Shown piece by piece: positions 40,942 to 56,036 of a stretch of DNA of 64,000 nt. The translations under genes were made by a program, and so were the position numbers. This stretch comes from Octopus vulgaris. Its lineage: Eukaryota. The number at the start of each line of letters is the position of its first letter. Positions within the stretch are counted from its first letter, which is position 1. The notes under the pieces were generated by a model. The model was not told where the DNA came from. It did no database searches and saw only the letters and a list, made by a program, of their open reading frames with translations. The DNA is taken from positions 9,114,001 to 9,178,000 of the forward strand of contig OX597823.1 in the NCBI GenBank assembly GCA_951406725.2. Direction: 5' to 3'.

Positions 40942-42329
40942 TACAAAGCCGCATATTATTAATTTCAAGTGATATCTCCGGTGCAGAGTGACATTGAGAT
41001 GGAAAGAACGCAGAATACATACAGGACGAAGTTCCTTACTATATTATAGTACAAAATATACGTATAGATTTAAGTCAATCCTATATGATACTGAGCTAAC
41101 AAAAAGTCTATTGATATATTCTATATTACGGTACAGTATTGACCCCAAAAGACAGATTCACGATTCCATGACTTGCAATAGTCAAAAGAATGAATGCGCT
41201 TGATCAGGTTAGGCGATAAATACGAATAACATTTAGGTGACACGAAGAGAGGAGAGCATTTATAGTAATAGGAAGATTACAGAAAAGGGTTTTGATAACA
41301 TTAAGTACAATTTCTAAGAGTCAGGCTCATTATATTTAATTGATAATCACTAAAAGACCGGAGGACAGGATTCTTGACAAAGGTCTTAAAAGTTAATGGG
41401 AAAGGTGAGTGAGAGGACCCAAAATAAGGGGTGAGATCTTGATATCATGTTCTGACTTCTAAGATAAGGTTAATGTATATTATATTCGTTTTTATTCATC
41501 AAATGGCAATACGATGTGACTTCTAAGTTAAGGTCATTCTGTCTATTTCTATTTTTATTTTATTCGTCAAATAGTTTTCCAACCCATTTCAGGCCAAGGT
41601 GGATAGAGAAGGTGGGTTGTAAATAAGGTGGGAGATAAACGGTTAAAGATAAAGGAGGAAGGAAGCTTAAATATCAGAGCTAATTATGCATGGTAACAAA
41701 ACTTAACAGGCGAAATAAAGTAAACTGACAACAGTAAGGTAATAAAATAGAATAAGAAAAAATGAGCGGCCTTCTACACCAGATAAATAATTAGATAAAG
41801 GAAGAGATATACAATAAAAAATAAAACGTACAAGAACAAACTGGTAAAGGTAGTACAAACGATAAATAGTGAATATATAATAAAAACTATAACATAACAT
41901 AGTAATTAAATAGTTAAATAGATATAAGAGAATATTAAAAAAATGTATAGTTATTTCTTACATAATATATACAAGATGTACGTAATAAATCCTATATTGT
42001 AAATTACAAATTAACAATTATAAATAAGAATATAAATATGTTTTGTATTACTCATATTAGTGATATAAGAGGTCAAAATATTATTGTAAATTTAGAAAGG
42101 TTTAAAACCAATAAAATATATTTCAGAATATATACCATGAGAGGATTGAGTGAGAAAGGCAGAATATATAATATCATACAATAATATAACATAACGTAAC
42201 AAATGCAGAAATAATTTAGCATTTACAGATCAATGTATGAAATGAAATAAAAATTAGGACTAGGATTGTCACGTAATCGAGGGTACACAGAACAAAATGT
42301 TTAGTAACAATTAATATGGGTACAAATAA

Positions 42330-43400
42330 ATCTTCATAAATGTTCCTTAGTATCAATCCTGTGTGTTTTCATCAAGTCATCACGTTGCTTAATATCGCTA
42401 GAACCACGTGCAAACTTATGTTCAGATTTACCATAAGTTAGCTGCTTATTTGCTAATTTATTACTATATGTGGTCTTATCAGCTATGGGGCAAACACAGT
42501 TCTTTGTTTGTGACCTTGAAGCCGGATTCAGACACAGCAGAGTTATAATAGTTGGCATATTGAGTAAATGCATCCACATTAGCACAGAGTGGCGTAATCG
42601 TATCAGATTTGCTTTTTGTTCTACCAATGATGTTATTACACAGGTGGAATGATTGGATTATATATTATCATAGGTAATAATTTCATCAGGCCGCCTATAT
42701 TGGTAGTATAAACCAGATTTAAGGTCTAGGGTTACATCTAAGAAATTAACCACCCTCGTATTGTATTCAAAAGTTAATTCAAGCTTGTAATTTCTAAAAA
42801 CATTTCCTGAGTTTTTTGCGTGTCCTTTCTAAGACTACTTTACTATTATTACAGATAACAAATAAGGCGTCATCCCTGTACAAATCCCCTCGAAGATCAG
42901 AGAACATACACTTGAGACAGTGTAGGAGGTAGATACCAATAAGATCACTGACCTGGACCCGAGTCGCTATGTCCCATGGCAATATCAAAATTGCTTGGCG
43001 TGTCGGGTTTCGTTCACAGTTTATCAATTTTATCTCTAGTTATAGAAGAAAGATTTTTAGCAAAACCTAAGGCTTTATTAAGAAATATAGGAGATATACT
43101 AGAATAATACGCATTAATATCGAATTGTAGAAAGCAATACTTACATTTATTATCTAAAGAGGTAAACTAATATATGACCTCACTTGTTTTGTATCATAAA
43201 GTGTATAGTAGGAATTAGCTGAGGTATAATCCTATCAAGTATAGCTTTACTTAAATAAACCGATCTAGTAAGGCCTATGAGTCGAACTGCTGCGCTATCA
43301 AAAAAGATCTGTTTGTGGTTCTTTAAGTTTAATCTAGAATTTCAGGTCTTGATTTGTTCAGTTCGGTTCAACGGTTTTAGTTTATTCAAGATTTTATGTC
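42330..43400 (-). pseudogene. Penelope-like element reverse transcriptase, decayed
   Basis: Minus-strand FLQFDINAYYSSIS...LNKALGFAK, DLIGIYLL, DLYRDDAL, VNFLDVTLDL in RT order. Confidence 0.8.
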
Positions 43401-43592
43401 TCGGAGTTGATATTAGTGAGCTTGTATTTACTAGCGGTCTTATAATTAGTATTTAGCGCTTCGAGTATTAACATTAGTCGGAACCTGCTATTAGTGGAGA
43501 TCTGGAGTCTTTTAAGTGAAGTATAATTTGTGTAGCGTGTGTTCCTAAATACAGCATTGAGACGCATTATATACTCAATCGCGTGCAGTTAA

Positions 43593-43978
43593 TCTTTATA
43601 TATAAAAGTGAGGTTGTGTGCTGTCTGTCTCCTACGATTTAGATTCCTAACTACTCCCACATTTTGCGGTGCAGTGTAACCAAAACCGCGTATCTTATAG
43701 TCGTGATTTATATCGAGCCCTTCTGGGTATTAGCGCGCGTCTACGATGAGTCTACGATTTTAAAAATAATTTACCATCAATTTTTCCCATTTTTGGCATA
43801 TATAAGTGAAGTAACTCTCTAAAAATTTATTATTAAATCTCAGAACGTAAAAAGCTGCAGTAACCCCCCCCCCTTTGTGGTTATCCATATTGAGATGGCT
43901 ATTATACTTTACATCTCTAAAAATGCTTATATAGTTATTTCCCTTACAAATCCGAGCAACGCCGGCCGATACTGCTAG
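43593..43978 (+). mobile_element. Non-autonomous Helitron, family A copy 4
   Basis: A|TC...CTAG|T; colinear with copy 1. Confidence 0.88.
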
Positions 43979-44390
43979 TGGTATATACAACTGGAAAATA
44001 ATAATTTGTCTGTACTATATATATACCCCTAATGAATCTTAGGTCTATAGAAGGGAATTGATATATAATGTTTAAAATGAAATGGGGCTGCCTAGATTGT
44101 TTACTTATTCAAGATTTCTGTTATTTCTGATTTAATATAAAACATCTCTTTCCTTATTCCATTATGTGTCAAATAGTACCAGCACCCGAAGCTGGACCAT
44201 CAGCAAGGTCGTTGAGCGTAGCTTCGCAGGTTTTAGTTTCATTGTGCATGATTATTATTAACTTAACATTTTCTGATTGCTACGCAGAACATTTTTCTAT
44301 TCACGATATTTTCTGGTGTCTGTATTCAGCAGGTAATGTTCGCCTAGCTTGAACGACAATTCTTAGATGTAATTAATATATTACCATATT

Positions 44391-44610
44391 AAGGCGGCGA
44401 GCTGGCAGAATCGTTAGCACACACCGGGCGAGATGCTTAGCGGCGTTTAGTCTGTCTTTACGTTCTGAGTTCAAATTCCGCTGATAGGTAATTTAACTTT
44501 CGTACTCGGAGTCGTTAAAATAGCTTTCAGTTCAGAGCTGGGGGTCGATGTTATCGACTTTCTCTTTCGTCCGAAATTGCTGGTCTTGCGCTAAAATTTG
44601 TAACCGATAT
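44391..44610 (+). mobile_element. SINE family E, diverged
   Basis: aaggcggcgagctggcagaatcgttagcac...gttctgagttcaaattccgc...ggggtcgatg. Confidence 0.8.
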
Positions 44611-45137
44611 ATTGCAATATCCACTATAGGATGGGCCAAGTTCCAGAAAGACAAGCGTCCTTTGTTTTAATCACGAATAAAAAAAATAAAAAACAAAATT
44701 ATAGTAGAAATGCTTCAATGCCGAAAACAGTTTTTTTGCTACATATAATAACGTAGCCATATATATTTACTGCAGATCTCACTTGAATAAGTTCACTTTC
44801 AAGATGGACATGAATTCTTTAACAAGTCAGCTTCTACGTGACATGTGGTTTTGAGTCTAGCTTTAGAATATTCTTGCAGCAGTTTTGAATTCTTTCCTCA
44901 AATACTTTCATTTCTATATTAGTTTCCATACCAATTCATTTCGCTGCTGATATTATGTAGATCTAAAATGGACATTTTTTCAATTGTTAGTGAAAGAATC
45001 TATCGATAACAGGTAAATCCAATGACTAAAAAGCATGTAAAATACTTTTTTTATTTTAATGTCTGCTTTCAGGGAAAATGGAAAGATTATTTCAATAGAG
45101 AACGAAATGTTATACTTCTATTATGCAAAATAATGGT

Positions 45138-45606
<469 letters not shown>

Positions 45607-45799
45607 TATTATTTTGTGTAATAGAAGTGTAACACGAATCATGAACGAGCTATCGTATGTTGAATGGTCTTTCACACATGTACACACCTCCTCCAGAATC
45701 AAAATATCTTGACAGATCTTTGTATACACTGTCACAAACATATGTGCAAAACACATCCCACCAAAACATGTGAACAAAACTGTAGTAGTGCAGAATTAC

Positions 45800-46680
45800 C
45801 CAAAACATAAAAACCATTATCAGAAAAATAAAAAGAAGAAAGAAAAAAATAAGTAATTTGAATACCGTCAACAGCCACACATATATCCCCCTGTTCCAAT
45901 CCAAAATGTATAACCTGCAACAGTACATGAAGGCCATCATCAATAACCAGAGAACGGCGGAGGAGAAATAGGCCATTGAGAAAATCAAACTCAACCGCAA
46001 GTGTTCTTCTCCACTGTTGACCTTCTAATTGATACTGCCTCGTCAAGAGAACACCAAAACCCTCAGTGAGATGCTGCAGAAACAATACTGCTCGGTTTTC
46101 AGCAATCCTGAGATGGCCGATCTAGACAGTATCATTGATGTTTAAACCATGACACATTATATCGGACGTAACGTTTTGTGCCTCTCATGCCTTAGCGGCA
46201 ATAAACGAAATTGAACAAAATTCAGCTGTAGGACCTATAGGTTCCCTGCTTGTGTCCTGAAGATGTGTCAATAGCAACTTGCATCTCCTATTCCTAATCT
46301 GTGGAAGACCTTACTGAAAAATTTCTTTCTCGGTCTGTTGTTCCAGTTTCAAAAGTTCCCTTGTACTGAATTACCAACCGATCTCCCTCATTTCCCATAT
46401 CATTAAAGTATTTGAGAGGATGCTGAGATCACGAATAACCCAGTTTCTTGAAAGTAACAGACTGCAGAACCGCAACCAAAATCGGTTCCGTAATGGAAGG
46501 AACTGCTTAATGCAGCTCCTGCATCACTTTGATGACATTTTGAGAGCTTTGGGAGAGGGCTCCAACACCGATGTCATCTACTTTGATTTTAGCAAGGTCT
46601 TTGACAGAGCTGATAAGAAGGTTCTCATGAAAAAAACTATCCAGCATTGGTGTCTCTGGAAAGTTAGTACAAAAGAGAAA
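45800..46680 (+). pseudogene. CR1-group LINE ORF2 fragment (RT N-terminal part)
   Basis: PISLISHIIKVFERM...NQNRFRNGRNCLMQLL...DVIYFDFSKVFDR; upstream AIEKIKLN linker; frameshifted. Confidence 0.88.
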
Positions 46681-47247
46681 GTGTACTCTCACAGAGAATG
46701 CTGAGCGGTATTTTTCCGACGTCCCTTGGGAGTGCAAATGCCCCGGGATTGACTATGCCTCTTGTCCTTACAGGATCGATAATATATAAGTACCAGTTTA
46801 ATAGTAAGGTCGATGCAATCGAATTACTTTTTCCCTTAAATTTTGCCAAAATGTCAGCCAAATATAATTGTTTGTAAGCGTTATTGACATAGATTTGTAA
46901 CTAAAAAATCATTTAAGAAACATTGAAATAATTTTATATTTCTTTGTGCAAAATTAGGTCATTATATTTCTTTGCAACAAAATTACTTAAGTTTTTCAAT
47001 TTCCGTATCTATAACGCAGTAAACAACAGTGAATATAAACTGACATTCCTGTAACAAAGTAGCACTAATTAATAACCTCGGGTCGCATTTTTCACGGAAA
47101 TGAGTTTTAGAAAGTGCATTTTGGCGTATATAAAATCGATATTATAATCTTCCGCAAAATTACATATATAAACTAATCTAAAAGTCTTCGAACGTGTCTT
47201 TTTTTTTCAGTACCGAAATCCATCGATTATTATTTATGAAAACTAAT

Positions 47248-47403
47248 GAGTGGCTGTGTGGTAAGTAGATTGCTAACCAACCACATGGTTCCGGGTTCAG
47301 TCCCACTGCGTGGCATCTTGGGCAAGTGTCTTCTGCTATAGCCCCGGGCCGACCAATGCCTTGTGAGTGGATTTGGCATACAGGAAACTGAAAGAAGCCC
47401 GTC

Positions 47404-47457
<54 letters not shown>

Positions 47458-47676
47458 GTTTGTGTGTCTGTGTTTGTCCCCCTAGCATTGCTTGACAACC
47501 GATGCTGGATGTGTTTACGTCCCCGTCACTTAGCGGTTCGGCAAAAGATACCGATAGAATAAGTACTGGGCTTACAAAGAATAAGTCCCGGGGTCGAGTT
47601 GCTCGATTAAAGGCGGTGCTCCAGCATGGCCGCAGTCAAATGACTGAAACAAGTAAGAGAGTAAAAGAGTAAAGAG
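47248..47676 (+). mobile_element. SINE family B (full length, young)
   Basis: A/B boxes, cttgggcaagt core, internal microsatellite, tail ggcggtgctccagcatggccgcagtcaaatgactgaaac plus gagtaaa repeats. Confidence 0.93.
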
Positions 47677-48336
47677 GACACAAAGCAGAACATAGAGGAA
47701 TGTCAAAGATTTATATCGCTGAATGTTTGCTTGATGAAGGCTTCTTTCCAGATAAACGATACAGCAACAATGACAGCAATAGAAATAAATATATCTGGTA
47801 TATATATAATATAATTATAGACGTTATATAGAGCGTTATATTCAACATGATCATCTCAGTAACATAAAAACATGCACCAGTAAAGGAGTCAATTGATAAG
47901 TGTTCTGAGTGTTAAAAACAGCAGGCAACTTTCCTTCGAATCTAACGCTGATGAATGTAATTATAGATACAATAATACTGAAACGAAAACATAAAAAGAA
48001 GTTCGATCTTAGATGTGCTCTATGAAAACTTATTTAGAGCTAAACAACTGAAACAATACTTAGAATATAAATGTAACACTAAGAAGATGACCGACCTAGA
48101 AAAGGTACATCCGGCCGCGTACTTTCTTAAAATATATCTCTCAAACTTCCTTCAATCCCACTATTTTGTCTCAAATTATGGAACAGCATAGTGGATAATG
48201 TATTTCTCGATACACCACATATGAAAGTAAAATAGTATTGTCACTGCTTTTGAGGAAAGATCTACTAGGGATAACTCGCTACGAAAAACGACCAGAGAAG
48301 AAAGCATTTCCAAGGTATGCAAAATATAAACATATA

Positions 48337-48694
48337 GAAGCACTCCGTTGATCTGATCAACGGAACAGCCTGCTCGTGAAATTAACGTGTAAGTGGCTGA
48401 GCACTCCACAGACACGTGTACCCTTTTACGTAGTTCTCAGGGATATTCAGCGTGACACAGAGAGTGACAAGGCCGGCCCTTTGAAATACAGGTACAACAG
48501 AAACAGGAAGTAAGAGTGAGAGAAAGTTGTGGTGAAAGAGTACAGCAGGGATCACCACCATCCCTGCCGGAGCCTTGTTGAGCTTTTAGGTGTTTTCGCT
48601 CAATAAACACTCACAACGCCCGGTCTGGGAATCGAAACCGCGATCCTATGACCGCGAGTCCGCTGCCCTAACCACTGGGTCATTGCGCCTCCAC
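48337..48694 (-). mobile_element. SINE head 1 + tail X
   Basis: 11-bp TSD ataaacatata (48326-48336 / 48695-48705); short deletion in the tail at a ccgt microhomology. Confidence 0.92.
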
Positions 48695-49584
48695 ATAAAC
48701 ATATAAAGCCTAAATGAAACTTTGGGGGGGGGGCGGATTAATGACACATATATTATCAATTCTATAGATGAGGATTTATTTTATCGTATCGCCAGAGAGA
48801 ATGGCAGTGTCCGTCTCGCTTTACTGGACACCCAGGTCTTGTGGAACGAAAGTGAGAATGAAAGTCACTTCAAAATGAAATCTTGACTCGAATGCTTGCA
48901 ATACCCAAGATCCTGGGTCAGGCTATTGAAGCGGACGTTGGAGGAAGTACAACACTCAATTTGCTGATGTCGGAAGATGAACTCAAGTTTCAAAGAGCCG
49001 GAACAAATATAGCAAGGCCTCCCGTCCGTCGTTCTTACAGTTCCGCCAATCCACTGCCCTGGATTGTTGCTGTATGTCGACACTGAGAGAGTGAAAGGCA
49101 AAATTGACTCAGCTGGATTTGAACTTAGAAGCCAGTGACTCAAAACAAATACTGCGAAGCACTCTAGCGAACGATCTAATGGCTGTTAGTTTATAAGAAA
49201 TTGGTTTGAGTATATTCGTGCAGGTTCTTGAACAATTCTTTTGTTGTTCTTTGTGTTTACTGTCAAGTCAATCACCGGGGAAAAGACGAAGATATGCAAG
49301 TCCTTCTTAAGAATATGCAAAACTAAATGATCTCATGCACCACCTCCTTATAACAAACAACAATATTTTCCTACCGGATTTTTGTTACCATTGTAAAGAT
49401 TTTCTCCTTAGCCCCCACCCCGCGTAGTGTCTCTTTTGTTTGTGCAGCACTTCTTCATACATTATTTCAATGGCTGAATATCTTGAAGGACTTGTATGAA
49501 TTCATGGGGACGTGATTAAATAGAAGCACTTTTTATAGATGGTCAATGATTATCATACTGTGCACGTATATTGCATAAAGCTTG

Positions 49585-49965
49585 AGACGTCTATAGTAAC
49601 TAGCAACTTAATTACTTTCACAGAAATGGACACTTGAATCTGATCCATCTATAGTAATTAGTTACACACCTTCCGTTTTATCTGAAACAAAATCCTTAGA
49701 CATCCATGATAATTAGACCGTTAAATTATGTGGAAAGAGGTCTGATATATCGATAGTCATTTGCAATGTACCTGCTATGGAAGTCAGAGGTATTCTCAGC
49801 AATTAGACAAATAAATAATTATTTATGTCTAAAATAAAAGGCCGAGCCATTTATAGTAATTAACCAGCTAAATGTTAATAACTTGAATAGAAGGTCGAAC
49901 CACGTATAATAATTCGGCAGCTAAATAATTTATCTGTACAAAACAACGTAGGAGCATCTATGCTG
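49585..49965. repeat. Old degenerate ~50-58 bp minisatellite
   Basis: Recurring tatagtaatt-like anchor near 49592, 49650, 49704, 49752, 49797, 49853 and 49905. Confidence 0.55.
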
Positions 49966-52816
49966 TTACTCATCTTGCAAGGAATAGCTGAGAAAATCCC
50001 CCCATACTTTTCTCTACTGCGAAAACGACACACTGAATGGCTGGATCGTGATTTTCATTGAGCTACATTTTTTTCATAGATTTTTTGTTTAAAGGCATTC
50101 TTTAAACGAACCATTAACCTAAAATTTTATTTAGTACACAAACTTGTACACTGTTACAAATAAAGACACAAACGGAAAAATTTGTAAGAGCTAGTAATTT
50201 GCCTCGCTTTTATAACTACTTGATAAAATGTCGCTCTATTGTAGTTACATGCCGTGATTGTCTGGAAATCGCAGAATATTATTATGGAACAAATCTTGCG
50301 ATTTTTAGCATATGACACAATATCGAAATATTGTAATTCCGTGCATGGAATATGAAGTGCAATAATAGGAAAATGAGCTGAGCGGGCTCAACCTACTAGC
50401 AATAGCAACTAACTTCCTTGGAATCGCACCCTACTCCTTTAAAAGAGACGATGCATTAGATAATGTAGTCCAAGACACCATTGAAAAGACAGGATGGTTA
50501 AGGCCGCTCTATCAGCGCTTATGACTCGTCTAAATCAGAGCTCATTTTGTGCTATAAACAATAGCAAAAATACCATATGGCTTTCGTAGATACTAGCGTA
50601 GCTTCAGTTACCAAGCTCTAAAACAATTAAGCTACATACTGCATAAGACTTCATCGTCATCGACAATGGCTACAAAGTTGTAGTGAAAAATCTAATAAAT
50701 CAGGAAATGGTATCATGTAAGCCAACACAATATTAAATAATATTGTTCTAGCTTACATGATACGCTTTTTAGAATTTAATTCCCACCGGCAATCGACTTT
50801 GGTATATTATCGTTACAAATCAATAAATAGGTAGCAGCAGTATACGCGGGTCGATTATATCGAATATATCCGACTCATGCTCAGAAAGACACTAAAATAT
50901 ACTTGTCTCCATAATGGTAAAATGGTTATCTAACGTTCTGTTCTCGATGTGTTATAATGCCTGAGAGTAAAACATATTGACTATTCTTCGATTCCATTCA
51001 TACGGAGTTTTGTCAAGTTAATCAATATGTTGACTTGAAATACAACTGCATAATACTTACACTTCAAATGTAACTGTTATTTCTTATTTGGAACACTCAT
51101 TTTGCCTCTTCTATCTATTTATCGACTGAATTTTTTCTCTCTCATCTATTCATCTGTATAGTTTATATATATGTGATGTGCGTTATTTTTTCTGCCAGCT
51201 ATTTCTTTTTTCTTTTGACTTTTCATTAAAAGTTCTTTTTTTTTTTTTTTGGTAATTCCTTGAATAATTTGATTTTCGATTTTCTTTTAATTGATTTATT
51301 TTATTTTATTTATGTAAATATATTTATTTTTTGCACATATATTTTTGCTGACATAAAAAATCTACCATGGAAAATTGTAGAAAGAAAATCTCTTGATAAA
51401 TCACAAGATATGTCCACTGTGTAAAATATATGATTAGACGTACAAAACACAGTTACGAACACACATTTGCGTATGCAGATACATAATACATGCATACTTT
51501 ACCTCGTATGTATTGGTACTTGCATATACACACACCAATACATCGGCAGGCACAGACTATAGGCAGAAACTCAGTCAAGTTGATACTACTTATACAAGTG
51601 CTTACTGACTGTGTGAAAGGATGAATGGTTATCAACTGATAGAAAATTTCGCATTTATAAACAATTGAATTCTGAATGTAATAATATTTATACTTCAACC
51701 AATATATACCAACAGCAGCAGAAAATTTGTTTTAAATTAACTGAAATTGCAAATGGGACCAATATAAAGTCTATATTTCTCATATATTTTGACTCACCTT
51801 ATATCGGCTGTTGAATTTAAAAGTATTCAGTATCATTTTAAAATGATTTGCGTTCTAAATTTTCGTCTCAGTCTAAATATTTTCCTTCCACACTCTATAT
51901 TTTCTCTTTCACTCTATATGTGCTTGTGTGTGAGTATCTGTACACATCCAAGAATGCGTTTGTGCAAGAAGAGAGAGGAACTGAGTAGCGAGTGAGATAG
52001 GACCTGGCAAAAAAAGAAAAGAAAATTCGCTAGATTTTTTCCAAATAACTGTCGGTCTCGTTGAAAGTTAGAGAACCTCCGCATGAGTACTCTTCCAATT
52101 ATCCTTAACCACAAAATTCTACGCTTTATCTACTCAGAAGGGTACTTTTATTATACCGTTCAGGAAAGGAACTGGACTTAGCTTGAAAGTATATGTTTGA
52201 CGCTCAAAACACCTCGTTAATGCTGCGTGGATTGCAGAAGAAAACAGCAGAATTTAACTTGTCAAGTAGTATGATTATATAGAAAAGAAAGACTCTGCCG
52301 ACTTCCCATCTTCGAGAAGATTAATTCCTATTTTTCTTTATATTTTAATTTCATTTGGCAGCTTTGATTTTACCTAACCACCTATGTGTATCTATTTCTA
52401 CGATAAAAGCGACATGTGTGTGCGCTTACACACACATACAGTCAGCTAAATAGCGTGTATAATTATAGTTAGTTAATGAACAGGTTGCATAAGTGATTCT
52501 TAGCTAAATACAATTTGGGAATATGACAGCCGTCATCATATGCAGGCGTGTGTTACTTCAGACTAACAATAGAAAGACAAAATTTAGTACATAATTACAA
52601 GTCATATTGTTTTGTGTGCTGAAGAGTTTTTACTAGTGGTTAGTAAATGATTATTTGAAGGAATTGTTGATATCTATATTATTTGATTTCTTTGGGTCTC
52701 ATTCAAACTGTAATATTGTGTAATGCAATTATCTTCAAAATGCACAAAAGCATTCAATATATTTTACCCATGATATGCTCACAATTAATTATAAGTTAAC
52801 CTTCCGTATGAATATT

Positions 52817-53762
52817 CTTTTCTACTCTAGGCACAAGAACCGAAGGTTTTGGGAAGCGGACCGATCGATTAGATCGACCCCATTACGCAACTGGTATTAA
52901 TTTATCTACCTCGAAAAGTGAAAGGCAAAGTCGACCTCGGCGGAATTTGAAATCAGAACGTAAAGACAAACGAAATACCTATTTCTTTATTACCCACAAG
53001 GGGCTAAACACAGAGGGGACAAACAAGGACAGACATAGGTATTAAGTCGATTACATCGACCCCAGTGCGTAACTGGTACTTAATTTATCGACCCCGAAAG
53101 GATGAAAGGCAAAGTCGACCTCGGCGGAATTTGAACTCAACGTAACGCAGACGAAATACCGCTAAGCATTTCGCCCGGCGTGCTAATGTTCCTTATTTCT
53201 TTACTGCCCACAAGGGACCACACATAGAGGGGACAAACAAGGACAGACAAACGGATTAAGTCGATTATATCGACCCCAGTGCGTAACTGGTACTTATTTA
53301 ATCGACCCCGAAAGGATGAAAGGCAAAGTCGATCTCGGCGGTATTTGAACTCAGAACGTAGCGGCAGACGAAATACCTATTTTTTTACTACCCATAAGGG
53401 GCTAAACACAGAGAGAACAAACAAGGACAGACAGATTAAGTCGATTACATCAACCCCAGTGCGTAACTGGTACTTAATTTATCTATCCCGAAAGGATGAA
53501 AGGCAAATTCGACATCAGCGGAGTTTGAACTGAGAACGTAGCAGCAGACGAAATACCTATTTCTTTACTACCCACAAGGGGCTAAACACAGAAGGGACAA
53601 AGAAGGACAGACAAACGGATTAAGTCGATTATATCAACTCCAGTGTGTAACTGGTACTTATTTAATCGACCCCGAAAGGATGAAAGGCAAAGTCGACCTC
53701 GGCGGGATTTGAACTCAGAACGTAGCGGCGTGCTAATATTTCTGCCAGCTCGCCGCCTTTTC
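52817..53762 (-). mobile_element. Five-unit concatemer of SINE family E inside one TSD
   Basis: Five Nin-like cores (~180-bp period); TSD ccgtatgaatatt at 52804-52816 and 53763-53775. Confidence 0.9.
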
Positions 53763-54630
53763 CCGTATGAATATTACCCATTCTCAGATATAATTTAGGG
53801 CAATTATTATATCTCAAGTTTAGTTTGTAACAAGATTTCCTTCCCATAACACAGTCCTCCATAGATGAAACATTTTCAGATTCTTTCATTTACCATACAA
53901 TGCGCAAGCCTGCTTATATCAGTCAGCTCCGTCAAAAGAGGTTGCTATACTTAAAAATTTTAATCAGTCCAAGCTTTCAACATCACCTACCACCGCCAAG
54001 AAATACGTACATTTTGTTCAGTTCACCTTTGCCGAAAACTCTCCAACTGTTTAACATGCTTTTAATATCATGCCTATTAGTATAATTTGTTACATATCAT
54101 TGAGCCTAAAGTAAAGATTACAATCTTTCAAAATATAGTCACAGCTTCTGAATTTTATTCGCAGTTACGCCAATATTGTCTCATTATTTTACAAATTTTC
54201 TAAGGCACTTTGAAGATGATATATTGCTCACAGTTTTGCAATGCATCATTACCTGAGAAAGCACTCAGGAATATGGCTGATACTTAATTTTATCAAGATT
54301 TATTGTGATGCCTTGCATATAACACGCTAATGTAAAATGTTTGATCTCACAATGAAATTTATTGTTAGGAGATTACGATGTGTTTCAATATGTGAGGTGA
54401 TAATATATTCATGATGCTTAAATTAGGCTGTTACCAGAGTTAAATTTGCAATATAGCTGGTATACTTGTAATGTTAGTGGGTTTTCCTTTTTAAAGTTTG
54501 TCGAAAGAAACTCTAATTTCAGTAAAATTAGAAGTTTTTTCCAAAAGGAATTTTACTGAAATTTCATAAATGAGTATTCAAAATGGCTACTCAATTCTTC
54601 AGGATTATTTTAATAATGACTTTATTAAAG

Positions 54631-55036
54631 GATTGGCTGTGTGGTAAGTAGCTTGCTAAACAACCACATGGTTCTGGGTTCAGTCCCACTGCGTGGCATC
54701 TTGGGCAAGTGTCTTCTGCTATAGCCCCGGGCCGACCAATGCCTTGTGAGTGGATTTGGTAGACGGAAACTGAAAGAAGCCTGCCGTATATATGTATATA
54801 TATAAATGTATGTGTCTGTGTTTGTGTGTCTGTGTTTGTTCCCCTAGCATTGCTTGACAACCGATGCTGGTGTGTTTACGTCCCCGTCACTCAGCGGTTC
54901 GGCAAAAGACACTGATAGAATAAGTACTGGGCTTACAAAGAATAAGTCCCGGGGTCGAGTTGCTCGATTAAAGGCGGTGCTCCAGCATGGCCGCAGTCAA
55001 ATGACTGAAACAAGTAAAAGAGTAAAGAGTAAAGAG
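54631..55036 (+). mobile_element. SINE family B (full length, young)
   Basis: Near-identical to 47248-47676. Confidence 0.93.
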
Positions 55037-55224
55037 TTTGCTTTATATATTGTCATTAATTAGTGCAAGATAATTCCATAATCTTGAACCGTTAATCCCT
55101 GCACATTTATTTCTCTCTCCGTTTTTTTTTTCATTCTGCTGCAAGATATATTGCCTAATTTCACTATATGATAAATTGTCTAAGAATGATCTGCTGGCAT
55201 GTTTCAATGTTTCATGCCACGGAA

Positions 55225-56036
55225 TTAGAAACAACTCGAGATATATAAAGAAAATCGAACATACACACACAAAGTTTAAAGCATTTAGAATATAGACAGC
55301 GTGACACTCTGTCGGTTACGACGACGAAGGTTCCCGTTGATTAGAAACAACTCGAGATATATAAGGAAAATCGAACATACACACACAATGTTTAAAGCAT
55401 TTAGAATATAGACAGCGTGACACTCTGTCGGTTACGACGACGAGGGTTCCCGTTGATTAGAAACAACTCGAGATATATAAGGAAAATCGAACATACACAC
55501 ACAAAGTTTAAAGCATTTAGAATATAGACAGCGTGACACTCTGTCGGTTACGACGACGAGGGTTCCCGTTGATTAGAAACAACTCGAGATATATAAGGAA
55601 AATCGAACATACACACACAAAGTTTAAAGCATTTAGAATATAGACAGCGTGACACTATGTCGGTTACGACGACGAGGGTTCCCGTTGATTAGAAACAACT
55701 CGAGATATATAAGGAAAATCGAACATACATACACAATGTTTAAAGCATTTAGAATATAGACAGCGTGACACTCTGTCGGTTACGACGACGAGGGTTCCCG
55801 ATGATTAGAAACAACTCGAGATATATAAAGAAAATCGAACATACACACACAAAGTTTAAAGCATTTAGAATATAGACAGCGTGACACTATGTCGGTTACG
55901 ACGACGAGGGTTCCCGTTGATTAGAAACAACTCGAGATATATAAAGAAAATCGAACATACATACACAATGTTTAAAGCATTTAGAATATAGACAGCGTGA
56001 CACTCTGTCGGTTACGACGACGAGGGTTCCCGTTGA
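55225..56036. repeat. 116-bp tandem repeat x7
   Basis: Unit starts at 55225, 55341, 55457, 55573, 55689, 55805 and 55921; unit = 65 bp flank + 8 bp TSD + 43 bp SINE tail. Confidence 0.97.

Noticed and set aside
40652-40972. ORF with SQGNTVKEIQSRKY repeats
   Set aside because: Produced by the 14-bp minisatellite.
55225-56036. CRISPR-like regular repeat array
   Set aside because: Whole units repeat with no unique spacers; no cas genes; eukaryotic context.
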